Below are positions 30,400 through 34,160 of a stretch of 34,160 nt of DNA, in pieces. Location of the stretch: IMG/VR virus record IMGVR_UViG_3300009786_000038, positions 1-34,160 of that record; one strand, 5' to 3'. The notes below the pieces were generated by a model. The model did no database searches, had not been told where the DNA came from, and saw only the letters and a program-made list of their open reading frames with translations. The position numbers were made by a program, and so were the translations under genes. The number at the start of each line of letters is the position of its first letter. The stretch's first letter is position 1. This stretch comes from a virus (lineage: Duplodnaviria; Caudoviricetes).

Positions 30400-30457
30400 C
30401 AATTACAATATATCATTATATTATAAAATATTGAAATCATTTAAGCTTTAGTCTCAA
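30400..30457 (-). promoter_or_regulatory. Repeated cassette promoter, copy 1
   Basis: Minus strand: TTGAGACTAA...GATTTCAA...TGA-TATATT-GTAATTG. Confidence 0.75.
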
Positions 30458-30487
30458 CGGCTTTGTTGCTTTAGTCTCAACGGCTTT
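30445..30487. repeat. 2 x 20-bp direct repeat GCTTTAGTCTCAACGGCTTT
   Basis: Exact copies at 30445 and 30468. Confidence 0.85.
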
Positions 30488-30562
30488 CATGTATAGACTA
30501 GTGAATGTTTTTAAGGAACATTAACAAAGCAACAGAACAACACTAGTCTCTATTTAACGAAA

Positions 30563-30632
30563 GCTTGAAACTAATTGCCAAACACTAAAGGCTTGAAACT
30601 AATTGCCCAAACACTAAAGGCTTGAAACTAAT
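30563..30632. repeat. 2.5 x 28/29-bp tandem repeat containing an inverted TTAGTTTCAA box
   Basis: GCTTGAAACTAAT at 30563, 30591 and 30620. Confidence 0.85.
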
Positions 30633-30665
30633 GCTTAATTCTGTGCTGTTAATTCTGTAGCTATT

Positions 30666-31106
30666 TCATTTATGCTCAAATGCTCCGCTTTCTTTGAGGG
30701 ACAAAAATGAACAATTCTCAATTGTATCCATCACATTTTCAATTGAACACAACGACGCTGGATTAAGATCACACAATAACGCATATTTGCCCTTTTTATA
30801 AAATGCCGTGAAAGGCACGTAATAGGGCTTCTCGCCATGTTCCAAGCTATCCAACATGTCTTTGAACGCCAATCGGATCGTAACGCTCTCTCTGTGAGAA
30901 TTCGTGAATTTGAAATAAAGATTAGCTCCATCCGAACGCTTTGTAATCGGCTCATATCCATTACGAGCAGAAAGACAACGCCCCACAACATACAAAATAA
31001 TGCTGTTGTGTTGCGCTTTTATGTCTTCTTGTGGACGTTTTTCAAAATTATGAGATAGCCATGGATTATCAATGCAATGGAGACAATCTGGATGCGATTT
31101 AGGCAT
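30666..31106 (-). CDS. Hypothetical cassette protein
   Basis: 146 aa; GAGGA RBS; N-terminal HPDCLHC. Confidence 0.8.
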   Translation of the reverse strand: MPKSHPDCLHCIDNPWLSHNFEKRPQEDIKAQHNSIILYVVGRCLSARNGYEPITKRSDGANLYFKFTNSHRESVTIRLAFKDMLDSLEHGEKPYYVPFTAFYKKGKYALLCDLNPASLCSIENVMDTIENCSFLSLKESGAFEHK

Positions 31107-31131
31107 GATTTATTTTCCTCTTGTGTGGATA

Positions 31132-31200
31132 CAATTACAATTTATCATTTATTGTTAAAATATTTGAAACCTTTGAAAAGATATATTAATTAGTTTCAAC
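31132..31200 (-). promoter_or_regulatory. Repeated cassette promoter, copy 2
   Basis: GGTTTCAA-N16-TGA-TAAATT-GTAATTG; TTAGTTTCAA at 31190. Confidence 0.8.
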
Positions 31201-31331
31201 GCAATACAAATCTCCATTAGTCTCAAACGCCACACAAATATCATTAGTCTCAAACGCGACACGCAAATGCCAGAACACTAGTCTTCATTGGATTCTAAAC
31301 ACTAAAGCTGCATTAGTCTTCGTTGAGATAG

Positions 31332-31365
31332 GCAAACAAAAAGCTGACATTACATCAGCTATTTG
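31332..31365 (-). terminator. Rho-independent terminator
   Basis: GGCAAACAAAAAGCTGACATTACATCAGCTATT on +, homologous to 29990-30023. Confidence 0.7.
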
Positions 31366-31451
31366 CTTTCCGCGCTGCTATCGGGACGAAACGGCAGCAC
31401 ATCGCCCCCTAATTATTCATTGGCTTATCCTCCTGTTAATCATCCTTTATT
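31335..31451 (-). ncRNA. Candidate ~115-nt small RNA / minigene transcript
   Basis: Lies between promoter copy 3 and the terminator AGCTGA..TCAGCT-TTTT; no ORF longer than 15 aa; GC-rich hairpin. Confidence 0.45.
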
Positions 31452-31520
31452 CAATTACAATTTATCATTTATTGTTAAAATATTTGAAACCTTTTAAAAC
31501 ATATATTTATTAGTTTCAAA
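31452..31520 (-). promoter_or_regulatory. Repeated cassette promoter, copy 3
   Basis: More than 40 bp identical to copy 2. Confidence 0.8.
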
Positions 31521-31625
31521 CAATAAACAAATCAAATAGCAACTAGTGAATAAAATAAAACATCTTTAGTGGATATATTATCGCAGAAATTTGATAAAAT
31601 TAGAATATCACAAAAGGGATAAATC

Positions 31626-31745
31626 ATGGAAACGATAATAATAAAAACAGTGTTAGATCTTCTTCTTGTCTGCATCGCTTGTGCAGGGATAACAATAGCC
31701 GTAGTCTCTATTAAAGAAACAGATTATCCAGATGAGATAAAATAA
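31626..31745 (+). CDS. 39-aa single-TM peptide METIIIKTVLDLLLVCIACAGITIAVVSIKETDYPDEIK
   Basis: Hand-translated; AAGGGA RBS; hydrophobic core and charged tail. Confidence 0.6.
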   Translation: METIIIKTVLDLLLVCIACAGITIAVVSIKETDYPDEIK

Positions 31746-31747
31746 AA

Positions 31748-31783
31748 GATTTATCATTTATTGTTAAGGATTTTAAAACCTTT
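31748..31783 (-). promoter_or_regulatory. Degenerate cassette promoter, copy 4
   Basis: TTTATCATTTATTGTTAA...AAACCTTT on +; -10 reads TAAATC and GTAATTG is lost. Confidence 0.5.
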
Positions 31784-31856
31784 CTTACAATAACAATTAA
31801 ACACTAGTCTGTATTTGAAGAACGATTATCGTCTGAGACTAATGAGCTATTTTAAT

Positions 31857-31884
31857 AAAAAAAGCCCCACACTAAGCAGGGCTG
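31857..31884 (-). terminator. Terminator of cassette 31911..32207
   Basis: AGCCC...GGGCT stem with a 7-U run on the minus strand. Confidence 0.6.
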
Positions 31885-31910
31885 TATTGTCCAATTATTC
31901 AATTCTGGAT

Positions 31911-32207
31911 TTACTTTGTTGGCGTGAGATATTTTCCGCTTTCCCATAAATTCATCAAATTCCAATTGACAGCGATCAATCCTTCGTCAATAAATTTGAA
32001 TTGAAGCTTTCCCATTTTCAACGAATGTGTAAAGACACTAGACACGCCATCCTTTCCCATGATCTGAAAAGCTTCCTTGACGCGACGAGCCTGTAAATCA
32101 ACATGGGAAAGATTCTCTTTGATCTCAAAAACATGGGAAGCTAATTGCAAATCAGCTAATGGCATCAACGGAAGGATTAAGGGATTAGATTTATTTTGTT
32201 GTGGCAT
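31911..32207 (-). CDS. Hypothetical cassette protein (98 aa, MPQQNK...)
   Basis: ATG 32207 with AAGGA RBS; the TTG at 32240 lies inside the promoter. Confidence 0.75.
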   Translation of the reverse strand: MPQQNKSNPLILPLMPLADLQLASHVFEIKENLSHVDLQARRVKEAFQIMGKDGVSSVFTHSLKMGKLQFKFIDEGLIAVNWNLMNLWESGKYLTPTK

Positions 32208-32237
32208 TGTATTTCCTTTTGTGAGAGCTTTATTGCT

Positions 32238-32295
32238 CAATTACAGATTATCATCAATTCTTGAAATATCTAAAACTATAGAATCATTAGTCTAC
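32238..32295 (-). promoter_or_regulatory. Repeated cassette promoter, copy 5
   Basis: TGA-TAATCT-GTAATTG; TTAGTCT at 32287. Confidence 0.75.
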
Positions 32296-32319
32296 ATTTA
32301 GAACATCAACATTAAAGAG

Positions 32320-32360
32320 CAACTAGTGAACAAAGAATCAACTAGTGAACAAAGAATCAA
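32320..32360. repeat. 2 x 19-bp tandem repeat CAACTAGTGAACAAAGAAT
   Basis: Exact copies at 32320 and 32339. Confidence 0.85.
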
Positions 32361-32366
32361 CAAAGG

Positions 32367-32397
32367 AAAAATCCGTTAGATGAGATTTCCTAACGGA
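32367..32397 (-). terminator. Terminator of cassette 32417..32590
   Basis: TCCGTTAG...CTAACGGA 8-bp stem, U-run on the minus strand. Confidence 0.65.
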
Positions 32398-32416
32398 GAT
32401 TAAGAATAAAGAGAGA

Positions 32417-32590
32417 CTAAGCTTCTTCTTCAAGAATCAAACGTCGAAGCATATTTCTTTTTTCCATTCGATTTATCTTGTTTTCCCTTTTTTTCCTTTC
32501 TGGAAAAGTGTTGGATTTACAATAACGATCATCCACTTTTGCTGTAGCTGCCCATGATTTAGCTTTACGTTGTTTGCTATCGAATGACAT
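32417..32590 (-). CDS. 57-aa basic cassette protein MSFDSKQRKAKSW...RRLILEEEA
   Basis: Hand-translated, below the ORF-track cutoff; AAGGA RBS; own promoter and terminator. Confidence 0.75.
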   Translation of the reverse strand: MSFDSKQRKAKSWAATAKVDDRYCKSNTFPERKKRENKINRMEKRNMLRRLILEEEA

Positions 32591-32622
32591 TTTATTATCC
32601 TTTTGTGATGAGCTTTATTGCT

Positions 32623-32679
32623 CAATTACAAATTATCATCAATTCGTGAAATAATTGAAACCAACGAAGATTAGTCTCT
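32623..32679 (-). promoter_or_regulatory. Repeated cassette promoter, copy 6
   Basis: GGTTTCAA-N16-TGA-TAATTT-GTAATTG; TTAGTCTC at 32671. Confidence 0.8.
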
Positions 32680-32722
32680 GCTCCCATCTTTTATTTACTA
32701 GTGACAACATACAACGAAAAAA

Positions 32723-32896
32723 TCAATGATCAATTTCCTTGCCTTTGTGTTTACGCTTACGGATGGGCTCTCTATCGCTTCGCTTGCCCGATTTAGAGCT
32801 ATGATAGCCAGCCTTTGGCTTTGCTATGATGTGCGCTAAATGCGTCATGTTTCGACGCTGCACAGAAGGATTCTTATTTTGTTTCCCTTTATCCAT
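32723..32896 (-). CDS. 57-aa highly basic protein with ArfA-like C-terminal motif
   Basis: ATG 32896 with GGGAG RBS; ...AGYHSSKSGKRSDREPIRKRKHKGK. Confidence 0.65.
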   Translation of the reverse strand: MDKGKQNKNPSVQRRNMTHLAHIIAKPKAGYHSSKSGKRSDREPIRKRKHKGKEIDH

Positions 32897-32912
32897 TTCA
32901 TCTCCCTTTATG

Positions 32913-32968
32913 TGATTACAATTTATCATCATATTATGAAGATTTGTAAACTAATGGGCTTTAGTGTC
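32913..32968 (-). promoter_or_regulatory. Repeated cassette promoter, copy 7
   Basis: AGTTTACA...TGA-TAAATT-GTAATC; TTAGTG at 32961. Confidence 0.7.
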
Positions 32969-33049
32969 TTGCTATATAATCATCAACTAGTGTCTCAAAA
33001 TGGACAAAATGAAACGCCCACCATTGATGGGAATTTCAAATTCTTGTGG

Positions 33050-33166
33050 CTATCCCATGAAGAGATAAACGATAGCCCATGAACAAGGAATAACGAAATA
33101 GCTATTTAGAATAAAAGTGGCAGCGATGCCCAATACAATTGTTTCGCCATTTAAAGAAGAATACAT
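33050..33166 (-). CDS. 38-aa hydrophobic peptide MYSSLNGETIVLGIAATFILNSYFVIPCSWAIVYLFMG
   Basis: Hand-translated; directly downstream of promoter copy 8; alternative in-frame ATG at 33178. Confidence 0.6.
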   Translation of the reverse strand: MYSSLNGETIVLGIAATFILNSYFVIPCSWAIVYLFMG

Positions 33167-33198
33167 TTTAATTTCCATTTGTGATAAGCTTTATTGCT

Positions 33199-33254
33199 CA
33201 ATTACAAATTATCATCAATTGATAAAAACATTGAAACCATGGAACGTTAGTCTA
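33199..33254 (-). promoter_or_regulatory. Repeated cassette promoter, copy 8
   Basis: GGTTTCAA-N16-TGA-TAATTT-GTAATTG; TTAGTCT at 33247. Confidence 0.8.
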
Positions 33255-33410
33255 TGCCTTGTTCATTTATCCACTAGTCTTCAAAGAACGATTTCCTTAC
33301 ACTAGTGAATAAAAAACACACACTAAAGAAAACACAAACTAAAGAACGAGAGCTATAGTCTCTCCCCCGAATTCTCGCTGAATTCTATACTAGTTTTATT
33401 TGTTATAGGA

Positions 33411-33443
33411 AAAAGAACACAGAAGAAATCCTCTGTGCTTTTT
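33411..33443. terminator. Terminator-like hairpin (second family)
   Basis: AAAAAGAACACAGA...TCTGTGCTTTTT; a related copy lies at ~33991-34024. Confidence 0.55.
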
Positions 33444-33455
33444 AAGATTTTGAAA

Positions 33456-33836
33456 TCAAGAGAATGTAATCCAATCGCCATCTTCATCTTTTTCGTTCAA
33501 TCCGAAATGCATTACAGGGCAAGGGAAAGAAATAAAGCGAAGGGAAACATTACGTTCTAGGGACGTTGGGATTCCTACGCTAATCCAAAAGGGCTTTACG
33601 CCTTGCCCTACATTGATCGGATCTCCAATTTCCCAGATTTCGCATCCGTCATCATTAAAATCTCCCTTGATATGCTCCCCTACGCGCTTCAAAGCTTCCA
33701 TGGGGATAGAGCATGTATTGGCTTTGATAGACGCGATAACAGCGTCTACACATGCCCTGTATTGAGCATTAGGAACAGAATAAGAATCCTCTGGACAATC
33801 CAAAAGATTTGTAAGGCATTTAGATATTATGGACAT
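33456..33836 (-). CDS. Hypothetical acidic cassette protein
   Basis: 126 aa; GGAG RBS; own promoter copy. Confidence 0.8.
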   Translation of the reverse strand: MSIISKCLTNLLDCPEDSYSVPNAQYRACVDAVIASIKANTCSIPMEALKRVGEHIKGDFNDDGCEIWEIGDPINVGQGVKPFWISVGIPTSLERNVSLRFISFPCPVMHFGLNEKDEDGDWITFS

Positions 33837-33858
33837 TGATTTCTCCGTTGTTGTGATT

Positions 33859-33927
33859 CAATTACAGATTATCATCAATTGTTTAAATGTTTGAAACCTT
33901 TGAAAAGATATTCTCCTTAGTTTCAAA
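33859..33927 (-). promoter_or_regulatory. Repeated cassette promoter, copy 9
   Basis: GGTTTCAA-N16-TGA-TAATCT-GTAATTG; TTAGTTTCAA at 33917. Confidence 0.8.
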
Positions 33928-34034
33928 ACAGAACGATTTTTTACACTAGTCTTATTTGTTATAGAAACACACTAGTTTATAAATGCAAACAAAAAGAACA
34001 CTAGAGAAAATCCTCTGTGTCTTTAAAAAATATC

Positions 34035-34160
34035 CTAAATATCCCCTTGTGCATAAACACGAAATTTTCCAATTTTTGTTTCGCCCATAATTTCTGTATC
34101 CTCAAAGCTATTGACAACAGCCAAAAGATCAAGATTTTTGTTGTAAACGAACATACGACA
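34035..34160 (-). CDS. 3' part of the next cassette gene (truncated by the window edge)
   Basis: Open frame ...CRMFVYNKNLDLLAVV...YAQGDI* ending just before the hairpin at 33991-34024. Confidence 0.55.
   Translation of the reverse strand, partial: CRMFVYNKNLDLLAVVNSFEDTEIMGETKIGKFRVYAQGDI

Noticed and set aside
31370-31410. GGGACGAAAC suggests a hammerhead ribozyme or a type III CRISPR repeat end; GGGGGCG suggests a tmRNA/tRNA 5' end
   Set aside because: No CUGANGA core on the same strand, no full repeat, and no T-arm or acceptor pairing
32698-32712. CTAGTGACAACATAC resembles the Tus-binding Ter core (TTAGTTACAACATAC)
   Set aside because: Single 13/15 match; the other boxes diverge after TAGT, so it is probably a chance extension of the ACTAGT motif
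31121-33276. Near-DnaA boxes (TGTGGATAC at ~31124, TTATCCACT at ~33267)
   Set aside because: Isolated one-mismatch hits expected by chance in AT-rich DNA
30400-33930. Repeats as a CRISPR array or integron attC sites
   Set aside because: Spacing is 290-730 bp and irregular, the repeats are non-palindromic and promoter-like, there is no RYYYAAC...GTTRRRY pattern, and no cas or intI gene is in the window

Overview
Fragment of a tailed dsDNA phage genome (long non-contractile-tail type inferred from a tail tube gene, a frameshifting chaperone pair and a 2343-aa tape measure, with no sheath gene seen; host not determinable). 1-961 holds minus-strand MazG-like and YkuD-like endolysin genes. 1.0-25 kb is a plus-strand tail module: two paralogous LamG-type proteins, a Zn-ribbon protein, tail tube, chaperones with a C CCT TTG -1 slippery site, tape measure, tail tip proteins, and a fibre with nested domain insertions. 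25.7-27.7 kb holds a lambda gpA-type terminase large subunit and an NrdR-like Zn ribbon. 28.8-30.0 kb is a structured non-coding block (inverted repeat, 3x48-bp repeat, punctuated poly-T, AATTCTG repeats). 30.0-34.2 kb, the most unusual part, is an array of single-gene cassettes. Each cassette has its own copy of a conserved promoter (9 copies) with a helically phased TTAGTYTCAA box, and related terminators separate the units. Sixteen intergenic ACTAGT palindromes lie in 29.8-34.0 kb. One cassette seems to express a small RNA rather than a protein, and one promoter copy points antisense to a 39-aa membrane peptide. All calls were made by eye, without database searches.
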